Position numbers and translations under genes: made by a program. A stretch of DNA of 64,000 bases from Dicyema japonicum. Lineage: Eukaryota > Animalia > Dicyemida. This document shows positions 36,547-48,931 of the stretch, piece after piece (the stretch's first letter is position 1; every line of letters starts with the position of its first letter). The stretch covers positions 606,792 through 670,791 of the forward strand of contig RDEW01000027.1 in the NCBI GenBank assembly GCA_011109175.1. The letters run 5' to 3'. The notes beneath the pieces are model-generated. The model made no database searches. It saw nothing but the letters and a program-made list of their open reading frames with translations, and was not told the origin of the DNA.

Positions 36547-37449
36547 GGACATTTATGCACTAATAATATTGACAGTACTAAAATTCATGCTTACTAATAT
36601 GCTGTTGTTTATGCTTAGTCTTGTCAAGTGTTCATCAACTTGGGGCAATAGGATGATTTAGGCATGGAATTAAGCTGTCTATTGGGAGTACATCCCTGTT
36701 TGTAGGACTGGTGTGGGATTATTGAGGGGACTGCATTTTGAATCAAGATTGTGATTTATTAGGGTGAGTGATCATGATTAAGATTTATTTGAGTTCTTTT
36801 GTTCCACCAGTTGTTAATAGACTGTGGGCATTCCGTGAATAATGCCCATTCTAAGACTAAGGCGATTTGCCCATAATGGTGTCTCAAGCTCAGAAAATTC
36901 ATTCATTTTCCCACTTGACACAGTCAGCAACTGTGCAAGACAAACGAGAGCTGAAGTCGACCGTTTGTCGACCGTTTTACTTTTTTTAAAGATTTCACAT
37001 CTATTCTTTTACTCCCAGTCTTTTCAAGTGAAGGAAACTATAGCCTAACATTAAAGTAGCAGCCAATTAACGAAAATTATCATAAGCAACGTTAAGTCAC
37101 AAATTCGAAAACCTCTAAGGAAACTAAATAATATTTGAGTTCATTACCAGAACCGATTACTGTATGAGACTGATTACCACGTGACCTTGATTGATTTTTG
37201 TAAATTAGACATTAATGGATTTATTATTAGGTGAATTACACATTAACGTTTAACCCCAATTCACGATTTTGCCCCCATTTGTGTATAGCGGGCTTTTGAA
37301 GACAAATTGAGATTAGTGATTTAGAATCTTTGATTCCAGGATACGTCATAGTGGGACTCGCACATCTACAATGTTGGCTTAGTCCATCTTTGTGTAGAGG
37401 AGTAGATAGAGATCTCTTTTGTCCTCCACTTGTTTGTTTTTCCGATTGT

Positions 37450-38020
37450 TTTCTGTAAAGACAACTGGATTGCTTGTCCTTCGCACTATGGAATAGGCCA
37501 ACATGTAGGAACACTAAAGAGAGAACTTAGAATGACAAAGAGGATTTCTGACTTTCACAAGGGACCATAGTGGTTAGAAACATGACGTCTTCTAGAGGAA
37601 CCTCGAAAATTACTACCTATGTGGGAGTAACAACTTATTTCAACCAGAAATTCCCAGAACTCCGAGAAAGATTTTATGAGCTCCCCTAAAAAGACTAAAA
37701 ACCCAGTCACTTGTTTCAGGCGATATTGTTCACAGACGTGGGGGATGAATCTTAGTGAAGTGTAAGATCGTCTTCAATCTGAAATAATAGTTTGTACTGC
37801 TGAGACGTTAATGAGATATTCTCAAGCATAAGGCATAGTCCTTGAAGTCAAATAATGACAGATGGATAGAAGGCGTATGCTGCTCTCGCACTGTGGGGAG
37901 ATAGAGTTTACAAGTATGACACTGTTAACCACTCTGAAAGCTTCGTAGGTTTACAAGATCTCACATTTCGCACACAAACATTCGGTTCTGTAAAATGGTT
38001 ATGTATTTCTCTGTGTCATT
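37450..38020 (+). mobile_element. Merlin (IS1016/ISXO2-like) transposase remnant
   Basis: IMTDG*KAYAAL (TDGWKAY with TGG>TAG), YKYDTVNHSESFVG and an upstream TAETLMRY. Confidence 0.65.
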
Positions 38021-38314
38021 TATAGACGATCAGGTTTCGCAAAAAATGTTCACTGATGACGGCGTTACTCTTCAAACCAAAGCATCGTAGATGCGTGGAA
38101 CCTGCAACTGTAATGCATAGCAACAGGATTCCAACTAGGGGTCATCAGGCTTCTTGCCCGGCACCCATTACACTGTGCCACCAAACGTTATGTTATATTA
38201 TTTATTTAACAAATCAAGACCACGGAAAAACCAAACTAATTATCACGTGATCCTGATGCAGTCCAACAGCGACCCGGAGTTCTTTCCTCGTGCCCGCTCA
38301 TGAACGAACAGGAT

Positions 38315-38600
38315 TATTATTATTAAAAAGCACTCCCGAGAAAACATAAAATTAGTTAAGTTTCCCTTGTGCCGTATTCCGAATCATCCTCTCCTTCAGT
38401 TTCGACCATGATCTTCTGTTGCGCACTAGTTCTCTAGGTAGTCCAGGTCGTCCGCCATTTCCATTATAATATCAGACGATGTCCACACTCTTGTAACGTA
38501 GTGAATCAGGTCCTGATGGACTGCAAATCCAAGACCATAATGTAGGCAGGCCAACGGGAGTATAAAAAGGTGGAATTTTCCAAACAGTTCTGTACATTGT
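38315..38600 (-). mobile_element. RTE-like 3' end
   Basis: LVRNRRSWSKL followed by a (TAA)n tail on the minus strand. Confidence 0.5.
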
Positions 38601-38906
38601 ACGGTCGTTTTTGTCTGTTGTAGACAGCAGACAGAGACGTCATATTTGGTTAGATCGCATACCAGTTGGTGTTTCTTGTAAGGTTGTATAAGTCCTCTGC
38701 AATTGAAAGATCCCAGAGTGAACGGAGAAGTCGGTAAGGAATACGAATGAGACAGTGCAATAGAGGTGTCGTCACCACCTCAATCAGAAAAAACGTACAG
38801 GATGCTAAAGAAAATTGATAAAAAATATTCAAAATCCTGACATATACAATAGAAAAATTAAAAAAAATAAAATAGTAAGAAATTTAAAAAATAAAAGCTG
38901 AATTAT

Positions 38907-39503
38907 CATACGGAGAAAAACCATGGCAAACGCGGCATTACACAGGCTGAAAAACCTTTTGCTAAAACGGAAAGGGAATAACATAAAACAAAGGATAATG
39001 TTATACGACACCTTTATTAAACCAATCCTACTATACAACTCTGGGACCTGGGTCATCTCAAAAGAGGAATTAGAGAGGCTAGACTCGTTTCACAGGAATC
39101 ATCTAAGAAACATAACTAGAATGTCCTGGCCATCCAAGATCTCGCGGAATGGACTGTACAATAAGTGTGACTGTACACCATTAAGTCACGATATCATTAG
39201 TTCTCGTTGGAAACTTTTTGGATATGTCCTAAGGTTGGACCCGATATCCCCCCCTCCCCGAATATCGCAATGAAAGATTACTATTTTTCCAATGTAAAAA
39301 CGCTTTCGTGAAAGACCGGTCGTTCTACAAAACGATCTGAAAGCCGTGAAAAAAACATTGGCATTTGATGACGATCTGGACTCACTGAGAGACCTAGCAA
39401 AGAACAGGAGAGCTTGGAGCAACCTAACTAATTCTCTTATATTTTTTGATGCACATGCGGGGCCATAAATATTATGGCTTTCGTGAAAGTGCTAATAATA
39501 ATA
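38907..39503 (+). mobile_element. 5'-truncated RTE-like insertion with target-site duplication
   Basis: IMLYDTFIKPILLYNSGTW..SRWKLFGYVLRLD and an aaagtgc(taa)n tail. Direct repeat ataaaagctgaattat at 38891-38906 and 39504-39519. Confidence 0.88.
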
Positions 39504-39779
39504 ATAAAAGCTGAATTATGTCTGTGAAGATTACTCGATAAAGTTTTTTGAAAGAATTTAGAGCCCATCCAAGCGATAATGCACTGTGCGAGTCTTTAGG
39601 AAAAATGAAAAGACATAATTATTCAATGTATTTGTTTTGAGTATAATAGGGCCTATTCGACTAAAAAAGTCTGAAATTGGGGGTTTTGTGTGCTTAACGT
39701 GATTAACGTAGTGTCTTGTGGCTCAACCGAAAAGGTGTCACCGGAAAGAAAAGAGCCACTAACTTTCCCCCACCACTTG

Positions 39780-40470
39780 GAAGTTCCCGTAACTTATGTG
39801 CCTCCGACTCGGTCTTGTGTCATCATTATTCTGGACTATTGATTCTGCTATGTGGGGACATTAAAACAAGCCCTGGTCCACGCGGAGACTTAATTCTACA
39901 ACTAAATACAATGGAATTAGAAGGAAGATCCTGGAACTTTGAGCTCTCCTCTTCGCAAATCGAGCTGACCTTGTTCTCATACAGGAACCAAGCTCTCATC
40001 CTCTACGCCAACACCTTCCTTCCCGGGATACACAGTAATTCGTAAAGACCTTCAGGGAAGACCATGTGGAGGACTACTCTCAATTATAAAGAACGGTATA
40101 CCTTTCATTGACACGAGTCGACGGACCTCAGAACTTTTGTACTCAGACGATACCGTTCAGCAGATCACCATCAAAATGGAGCTGTTCCCGTCTTTTTGAA
40201 TCAGCTTGATTAACCTATATATTCCACCACAAGGATCCTGCCCAAAATCCTATACCCCAAATATACCCCGCCTCTCAGTACTAAAGAACGCTCTAATATG
40301 CGGCGACCTAAATGCCCGACACCCCGTTTGGCTTGCTTCACAGTCCACTGACAGCCGAGGTGAGTTAATCGCAAACGGTCTTATTATATGATTATCCTGA
40401 ATGACCCTAAATTACACACAAGAACCTTTTAAAGGAGCACTGATAGCTGCACTTCTGATTTAACCTCTGT
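39780..40470 (+). mobile_element. LINE 5' fragment: 2A-like motif plus APE endonuclease, decayed
   Basis: LLILLCGDIKTSPGP is followed by ILQLN, LIQEP, FPGYTVIRKD, GGLLSIIK, NLYIPP, ICGDLNARHPVW and DSRGE. Confidence 0.8.
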
Positions 40471-40999
40471 TGCAGTTCATCGAGGTTTATAAAAAATAGA
40501 GTAAACACGCTCTTAATCACTTTGGTAGAGATACTCTAACTTAGTGTGTGCCATGCAATTATAAGTGATGATACATTTTGAGTCTCAAAGTCATTAGCGA
40601 CCGGGCCTTTCATAACTTAAATCATTTCCAGGAAACAGAGGGAAAGATATGTTGACGATGTGGTAGATCTGACATTCAGAAAGTCGTTTAGCTTATTTTG
40701 TTAAACTACTCTACGTTCCTGTAATTTTTAGTTCTTTCTGGAAATCCGCTGCTGTATAACAGCATGCTCAGAGTCTGTATTGAGATTGCATATTTATTTC
40801 AAAATATTTTATAATCCGACTAGATTTGTAGAAAAAATCACCTTGGTTTTTTGGAACACTCTCAGATTTTTGAACACTTGGTAAGATTTGCATAGAAATG
40901 GAAAATACTAACAAGTTCGATGTGGAAAAAAATTAATTAATTATTTAGAAAATTATTTTATTTTTATTTTTTTTATAAATCAAAAATTTATTAACAATA

Positions 41000-43900
41000 A
41001 AATATTATTTATTAACTATGGGGGAGAGCGGCTGCTGACATCACGGAGTAAGCGTTTCCGCGAACAACTGCGATACCAATTCTTTGCCTCAGCCAGACCG
41101 CTTCCCGCACGTCTTTCTTGCGGTGGGCCAATTTTCCCCCGATTTCCTTTAGGAAAGAGGCTGTAATACTTCAAACCGCACCAGACGTCTCGATTGCTAC
41201 CGATACAAAACAGTAGCGGTCTCCAATTTCGCCATATTTTTTAATCTTGATTTTCTCGGCCAGATCGGCTGCCGATCCAGCAGACTGCGCCGAGCTGAGC
41301 ATCATCGAGTTCGAGAAAGAATCCACAACATTGCAGTCCCATACGAGCGATTTTCCCTCAGTGAACGGAAAGATAGTTAACCCATCCGGTCTTTTCCCAT
41401 CTCCGCGGTCCAATCCCACAGGTTCCAGTACTGCCGGGAAGCCTGCCGCTTCAAGAGCTCGCAAGACAATGTTGTTCATAGCAGCATGGTGGGGTGCTCT
41501 GCCCGCACTCCTTTTGCACGAGAGCGGGTGCAGCCCTTTGGCATCGACGATCCCTCCACAGCGACATTGGTGTTCGACGCAAACATCAGCTCCCAGGCGT
41601 TGTGCGATTCCAATCCGAATACAGTCATCGTCCAATAGGGTCCCCAGGGAGGAAGACGGGAGTGCATCCAGCCAGGCTCCGCTCCCATGGTTGGCGGTGG
41701 ACACGAGGCATGCAAGACGATGCTGGTTGGCCTCAGACTTTAGCACGTCGAAGATATTCTTGGAGTAAATATCATCCCAGTCACGTTGCCTCGAAGGATC
41801 GTTCGGCATATCCAAACCAGTTTCACACCATTCGCAACGAGCTTCGTCGAAGACTTTTTCCCAAGAGAGTCCGGTTGTAATACGTAGGATTTCTTGGACC
41901 AAAAGGCTTCCACTTGAGAGCGATGACACATATGCTGGATAGGCGATCTCCAGCGCCGATCTGAGACCCGTTCCTCCAAGGCGTGTAGGAAGCTTGCATT
42001 GGTTACAACTCGGCGCATCAAAGTGGATGTTTAGAAGCAATTCAGCTGATTTTCTCAATGTCTTATCCAGTGACAGGAGATGTCACGATGTTTGAAGCAG
42101 GGAGAACATCGGAGAGCATATAGGAGTTTGGGCAAGCCGATGCTATTCTTCAAAAATAAGAACGCTCTATGACCATCGAGTAAGGAGAGTTTCTCCGTGA
42201 CTCTGGAGAGTTCATCTTCTTTTGTTTGTAGATGGCTCCGCAGTTCCTTTTCGTCAAGTGGGCACCCAAGAAAGTATGTCCGCTCCCTGGGTACGACAGT
42301 AATTCCAGGTAGTACCGAGTTGAAAGACTCGACAACGTTGATGAAATCACTCTCCGAGTATGTGATATTTATTAGCTCCGATTTCTTTATGTTTATCTCA
42401 AGTCCGAGGTTTCGTAGTGCTGGCACGGCATTTGACAGAACGTCGTGTACTTTTCTCCACGGCCCTCCAATTGTGGCGTCATCGAGATACCAAAGTTAAG
42501 TTGTGTGTTTATAGAGCGGAATTTCATCGATGGCCAGAGCGAAGAGTAGTGGACCAAGTGGGTCCCCTTGTTGAACTCCGGTCTCCGAACAGATAATCTT
42601 GTTCCCGAAAACCAGTGAAGAATTGGTTCCGTAAGCGAGGAAGACAAGTGGAATAAGTTCCGGGGCTCGTTTGCTTGTAGTTTCGAAAATTTGATCCCTC
42701 CTCAATGAATTGAAGGCATTGCAGATGTCCAGCTTGACCCCAATGTGTGGGTTTGTTCGTCATTTTGTCCAAAAAAACACCTCGCAGCGTGCACTGCCGC
42801 CTCGCATCCGTTCCTTACACCAACCCCCAGTTGGAGGGGGAAAATTCTTCAGATATTCTCGGAGAGACAATGCTGCATGCAATTTTCGCTGTCAATTTTC
42901 TGAAATAGTTGCCGACTGCGATGGGGCGGACCCCACCTTCAGGTTTTTTGAAGGCCAATAAATGTGCACTGAAAAGGAGCTCCCTTGCGTGGGGAGGAAT
43001 ATCTCCGTTCAAAATACGCATAACCAGTTTTGTAATTGATTTGACAAGGTTGCAGCCAGCTTCTGCAGTAGCCTCCGCCGTAAGATCCTTGATGTGACCC
43101 GGCCGCAAGCCATCGATACCTCCACTGCTACTCGCCGCAAACGACGAAATGCCGCGTCGCACTTCGCCTTCGGTGACGGTCATCCTTGACAAATTTCCCG
43201 GAAGCACGAATGGGCGGTAATCTTCCGGAGCACATGGATGTTTATGTCTGAGTAGTTCTAGCACCTCAGGTGTCGCAGCCATAACAGTTTCATCGCTGGC
43301 GACGACGCGCAACGCCACTCGGACGTCGCCTTCGAATAGTTTGCGGTTCACTCTCTCTTTAAGTTTTTCCGGGCCATTCAAATAAACCGGAGGATTGGAA
43401 TCAGAATGTCTTGATTTCTTGACTTCCGTCTTGGTGAGAGAAAGCACATAGAAAACTTGGATGTTCTTCTTCATTTTTGAGGAAAGGGAGTTTCCAAGTG
43501 TCGTGCTTTCCTCTGTATTCCGTTGATCTCCCTTTTAGTCGATAAATGGAATTCCAAGGGCCATCGGAGCAAAACTGAGGAGTTTTAGCCAGGCCTCCAG
43601 GTCGTCGGACGTGAGAGCATCGTCAATTGCAGAGGCCAGGCATGTAGCCGCGGGGATCCGGACGGGTCTTGGGATCCTGATTGGGATCTTCCTGGCTTTC
43701 CTTAGATCCGACAAGAAGAGCAAGATGTTGTCCATATTATTGAAGTCTAGAGGCTCGTTTGGTTCAACGTGCTCGTTTGGAATGATCCTCTGGGTTTTCC
43801 AACCAGTTCCCATGCAGACACTGCAGTTCCTAGAGCGAGCACGCAGCCCGCTGAGACATCTTTATGCATCCAAGGTGGAAAAAGTCACGGCAAGACGAGC

Positions 43901-44050
43901 AGAAAAGTCCATATTTGCGTGCATTGGCAAAACCGCATGTAGAGCATGTAGTGTCCAGTCTCTCGGGTGTAATGTGTGTTGATCCATTGTATGAACGACG
44001 CTCCATGATGATACAATTATTCACAACAAGACCACACGTGATAATCAACT
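41000..44050 (-). mobile_element. CRE-like non-LTR retrotransposon (RT plus restriction-like endonuclease), near full length with several frameshifts
   Basis: GIDGLRPGHI, GVRPIAVGNYFRKL, KLDICNAFN, GVQQGDPLGPLLF, WYLDD, CRCG..HPLSC knuckle, KRPDGL..WD and VAIETSG. Markedly GC-richer than its flanks. Confidence 0.9.
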
Positions 44051-44129
44051 ATCCAGGACTGTAGTTATTTTAAAATAAAATTTATATTTGACTTAATATC
44101 CTTGGCGTTCTTAAAATGAGTCTAAAACA

Positions 44130-44750
44130 CCAAAAAATTTGAATGGAATTGATGGCTTTGTGTCACTTTTTAATGCAAAAATTGTCAATACGGGAAGGAA
44201 AATATTTTTTAGTGAAACTAGTCTTTTCTTAAAGAAAACTCAAAATCATTTCTCAAAGGAAACGATAATCACCTGGCTATAAACAGAGCAAAGAAAAAAT
44301 TTATGTTCTTTTGTACTGCAACTTGGACTAAGATATTTTTAATTCATGGTCATGTCGAATTAATGAAAACTCAAAAAATCCTTATATTCCTCGACAATAC
44401 TACGTGTCATGAAATACAAATTTATTCAAACATTAAATTACTTTTCCCGCCAAAGAATTCTACTCCAGCCTAATTGTTCAAAATTATTAATGGAGTTTAT
44501 ATGCCTTATCGACAGAAAAGATTATTTTTTGGAATCCCTTAGTTAATTTACTACGATATCTGAGGCCTGCCAAATATACGTCATTAATCCGTTATAAAAC
44601 GTTGGAACAGTATTTACGACAAAGAAAATCTCAATCATTAAGGCAATGAAAAATTGTTTTTGGAACAAGAAGCTAACGAACACGAGGAAGAAATCTATGA
44701 TGAAATATAATTGTGAATAAAGAGAAAATGAAAGAATAAAGGAACCCTCA
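44130..44750 (+). mobile_element. Tigger/pogo transposase remnant
   Basis: QKILIFLDNTTCHEIQIYSNIKLLFPPKNST parallels RKILIIMDNARCH..YSNLSFLKLPKNTT at 30430-30840. Confidence 0.65.
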
Positions 44751-44929
44751 AATAAATTAATGATTTGGAAAATCCATTTTATATATTCCCCAAGTTTTAT
44801 AGTTTATATGAATTTAATATTTTTTGATAATACACCACAATAAAATTTGATTTTTATTTTATATATTATTATTTCATAAAAATATAATTATTAGTAACTT
44901 TTAAGTTAAAGCGGGAAAAATGTGCTAAT

Positions 44930-45360
44930 TCAACCGCAGAATGTGCAGCCAGCTTCCTCCGTTATGCAGAGTTAGCGACAGTGCATTCTGAGATAGTAAT
45001 CATGTTCGTAGAGGAAAAAGCATCAACACAGGTTACATCCCATACAAGAGATGTCCTTTGATAAATAGGAAGATTGCCATCCTATCTGGTCTTCTCCATT
45101 TCCTCCATCAAGTTAACATGTTCGATGGTAAAAGGAATCCCAGCGGCTTCAAGACCACGTTTAATAATGTTATTTAAGGTCGCGGAAATCTTCCTGGGCT
45201 TTTCTTGCAGGAGAGTGGGTGGATTTCTTTCCGATCAATCATCTTCCAACATCGGCATCACTGAATCTCGCGAACATCCAGACCAAGGTGATATGAAATC
45301 CCAATGCGAAGGCTCTCATTGTCGAGAAGTCCCAACGTAAAAGATTGGGCAGACATTTAA
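44930..45360 (-). mobile_element. Second, decayed copy of the CRE-like RLE domain
   Basis: LGLLDNESLRIGI..CRC..HPLSCKK..NNIIKRGLEAAG..SLVWDVTCVDAFS, colinear with 41300-41650. Confidence 0.75.
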
Positions 45361-46984
45361 CCGACAGCTACTACATACATGAAGAACGAAAGAAAGCCAC
45401 GTGGTGTTTGTTGAGGTTTTCCTGAGCTCCAAAGAATTTGAAGTCATTTCTATTTGTAGGTGATTTATTGATCGTCAGACCTCAGAAAATTCGCCTATCG
45501 GGGAGCAATGGTCCTACCACTCCCATGCTGTTCGGGCTTCTGAGAATACTTTTCGAAGGAGGGACTGTAGTAAGTCAATAATGGAATAAAATCAAGATTT
45601 CCCAGTAGGATGACCACGTAAATGCAAGGAGTCTGATTTGCAGCCATGTTACATACAAATACGAACTAGGACCAGTTCGAGAAATCCTTTACAGTCGAAA
45701 AATTAAAATTCACAATATCAAGAAATTTGTCGACTAAGAACCCAATATGTGTGAATCCAAGGTGACGCAAATATAATATTTTCTAAAGTTTAAGTTCAAT
45801 AAATGAGGAACTTGAACATACAAAAAATGACTTGAACCCCACAAAAAGAAAGGTCGATTGATACCACAAAATAGTGATCGAACACCATACCTAACACTCG
45901 ACCCTCGCAAACTGGCCACATTTTGAATAAGCAAAGATTCCAAAGTTTGAAGAGAAGTTGGCTATAAGATTCAAAAAGAGACACGGATTCAGAATGCTCA
46001 AGTTACATGGAGAAATGCAAACAGATAAATCAAAAGCATATAAACCCAACCAAATCTATGATCTGGAAAAAACTGGATTTACTCTTTTTATATAAAAAAT
46101 AACTTGGGAAGACGTATCCAAAGAGACGACCAAGAATTGTTTCAGAGTTTTAAATCACTCCAATAACGAAAACCTTGAAATCGTTATTAATGAAAAGCAA
46201 GCAGAAGAACAGACAGTTTCGATCCTCTAAAAGTTGTGGTTTTGTAAACATTAAATGCACGTAGCATGAAACATTCAATGAAAATTCTTTAGAAGATTCA
46301 GAAAAGTGAACAAAAATCGGAAAAACTAAGACCTGTAGACAAAATGGATATTGCAGTTAATGCTTTTCAATAAGTACACAGCAAGTATTATTAAAGAAAA
46401 GAGAAAACAGTTAGGAAATACATTTTATTTTACTAAAACTTAAATACGTTTTTGTTCATTTAAGGAATTTAAAAAAAATTATTTGTTTATTTTTATTCAA
46501 AATTATTGATTTTATTTTTTAAATGCCATTTCTCAAATTAGCCACAAAATTCTAGGAACCAAAAATCCCCAATTTGCGAGGGCGAGTGTAAGCTAACTAC
46601 TCAAATCGCTGGCATTATCCCTCTCTAGGATAAGATGTATTCGCTGAGAGTAATTTGATCTCGTCAATTTTCCCAGTTGCAATTGACTAGACAGCCATTC
46701 TACATAAGAACTCAGAAATTTCAAGTGGCGAATAATGCATAGGAGTGTTTTCATACGGAGACTATTCAATGTTTTCCAAGGGTTATTGCCAGAGATTGCC
46801 GCGAACGATGTAATTTCGTGTGCAATAATAAAATGCTTTTTAAGTGTTAACGTTGTTCTCTCATATCTTGCAATAAACCGAAGACTCTCGATGAAGAAAA
46901 TTCACGTGCATAGTAATAATATGGAGAGGGTTTATGAGATCACATAAAACAATAATTTTAGGAACAAATCAGAGACCAACTGCT

Positions 46985-47800
46985 AAGAGACAGTGAGCAT
47001 TGCCGCAAACGATGGCTATTCCGAGACGAAGCTAGGATCCACTAACTTTGACGTGGTTGTACTTCCAATCACTTGGAGAACACTTTAGTGACAGACCCGG
47101 CCACACCCGAAGTTTCAAATGAAATTGGGACAAAGCGGAAACGGTCCTCAAGAGAAAAATTATACAGCTTCCCCCTTTTGACAGAGTCAGTGGCAGGACA
47201 GTCCTTGTGGCATTTATGCCATTTATGGCAATTAAATATAAATATGGCACAAATTTATCGATGGATAGAAATTTTGCTAAGATCCCCCATGCCTCTAAAG
47301 ACGGAATGTGGACACAATTTCTTCTTATGTATGTTCCTAGCGAATCATTTAAATAAAGGGAGTGTCCTATCACAATCGTATCTCAAACAAGATAGCTTCT
47401 TTTGTAATTATGATATTACCATTACTTTCTAAATTCACATTCTGAACAATTTCATGGTAAAGGACCGTGACATTGCCACGAACGATGGCAATTCCAAAAC
47501 GTTCACGGAACCAACGCCGCTCTCGAGGATCTCTCATTTTTGGAAAGATTTCGTTTCCAATTCCCCGGAAACGACTTCTGGTGACAGGCTCTAACGCACC
47601 CGAAGTCTCAAATACAACTGAACAATTTCATGGAAGAGACAGTTAACATTGACGCAAAATGGCAATTCCAAGACTTCGTGGAGTCAACGCCGTTCCCATG
47701 GATCTCCCATTCTTGACAAGACTTCTCTTCCAATCTATCCACGAATACTTCTGGAGACAAGTCCGACCACACCCAAAATCTCAAATGCGACTGAACATTA
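46985..47800 (+). repeat. Degenerate ~175-bp repeat: two tandem units at ~47450-47800 plus a diverged unit at ~46985-47125
   Basis: Recurring atttcatgg..acattg..atggcaattccaa..caacgccg..ggatctc..ttccaat..acttctgg(t/a)gaca..caccc..tctcaaat..actgaaca. Confidence 0.75.
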
Positions 47801-48003
47801 CCGAGAAACTCCAAAATTTACATTCTGGCCAATTTCCTCAGATTTATGAGCTTGGTTTGAACTTACAACATTAGAACGACAACTTTTCTCTCAGTTTATT
47901 AATTTGCAGACATTTTTGTCCATTTTCATGTAATTGCGGTTGTGGTTCCAAGTCATCACGATAACGATGACTAATATAAACATATTTTGCCGCGGTTCAC
48001 TCA

Positions 48004-48931
48004 ATGAGAATCTTTAGCGGAGTATTTCTAATATTTTTCCTTTTTGCCGACTCTTCTGAATTGTCTCCCGGTTTTTTGAAAATAGAAAAAACCGCCAAAT
48101 ATTCCTCATTTTTGCGTAACCTTTCAACCAATGTCGAATTCGTCTGGAACCCGAAGGATATTTACGGTTATCTGACCAAATTCGACTCAAAACACGTCGG
48201 ATCTGACAGCCTCGTCATTTTCCTCTGCAAAGACCTGAACGTGGAAGTCGTGGAGGTCGCTAAAAGGGTTAACCCGGTGGGGATTGTCTATTTCAAAAAG
48301 GTAGGGATAGAAAAGTATTTGATAGGTACCACCATAATTTATTTTTAAAACTTATTTGATTAGGTGATGTACCGATCGTCAAATGTGACCCCAGATTTTG
48401 CAAGCCACTCCATGACCTGCTCAGTTTCTTCAATAACTCGGGTGTTAGAGTCGGGATCGTACAAACCCCCACAAAGTCAAAGGGATCTGACGGCAACTAC
48501 TCTAAGATAATTCCGATCGTCGTTTACATCATGGCTATTATCGGATTTTTCATATATTGCTTCGTAATGCAGCTGTTCTCCCATGTCCCCCATGAAAATG
48601 TCCCCAACCTCTTCAGAAAAGTAACGATTGGGCTAATTTAGATTTTTATGACGAAATTTATCGAAAATATTCATCGATTCCCGATTATTGCCTACAAAAA
48701 GGTACTCGTTGACCCCCAACACTATTTGTCCCCCCAATAAACTTTTAGGGGCCCGACACTGAGGAGTGCGACGTCTGTCTTGACGAATTCAAAGATGAGG
48801 ACGTTTTAAGAAAACTTCCATGCTTGTGGGAGTCATCAAACTCATCATTTAGGCACATTTACCACAAGAGGTGTATCGATCGTTGGCTCATTGAGAGGAA
48901 AAACTGTCCAAAGTGTCGTCGGGAGTTCTAA
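48004..48931 (+). CDS. PA-TM-RING-type E3 ubiquitin ligase (RNF13/RNF167/Goliath-like)
   Basis: Signal peptide, lumenal domain, TM segment IIPIVVYIMAIIGFFIYCFVM, and terminal RING-H2 [39 protein letters not shown]. Confidence 0.85.

Noticed and set aside
41247-43097. Plus-strand ORFs of 60-173 aa over the CRE-like element
   Set aside because: Antisense shadows of a GC-rich coding strand.
46000-46200. Possible pogo fragment (PNQIYDLEKTG, WEDVSKETTKNCF)
   Set aside because: Too short and degraded to annotate with confidence.
47170-47240. QSQWQDSPCGIYAI resembling a Ulp1 protease catalytic Cys motif
   Set aside because: No His/Asp partners, and the frame is closed by stops on both sides.
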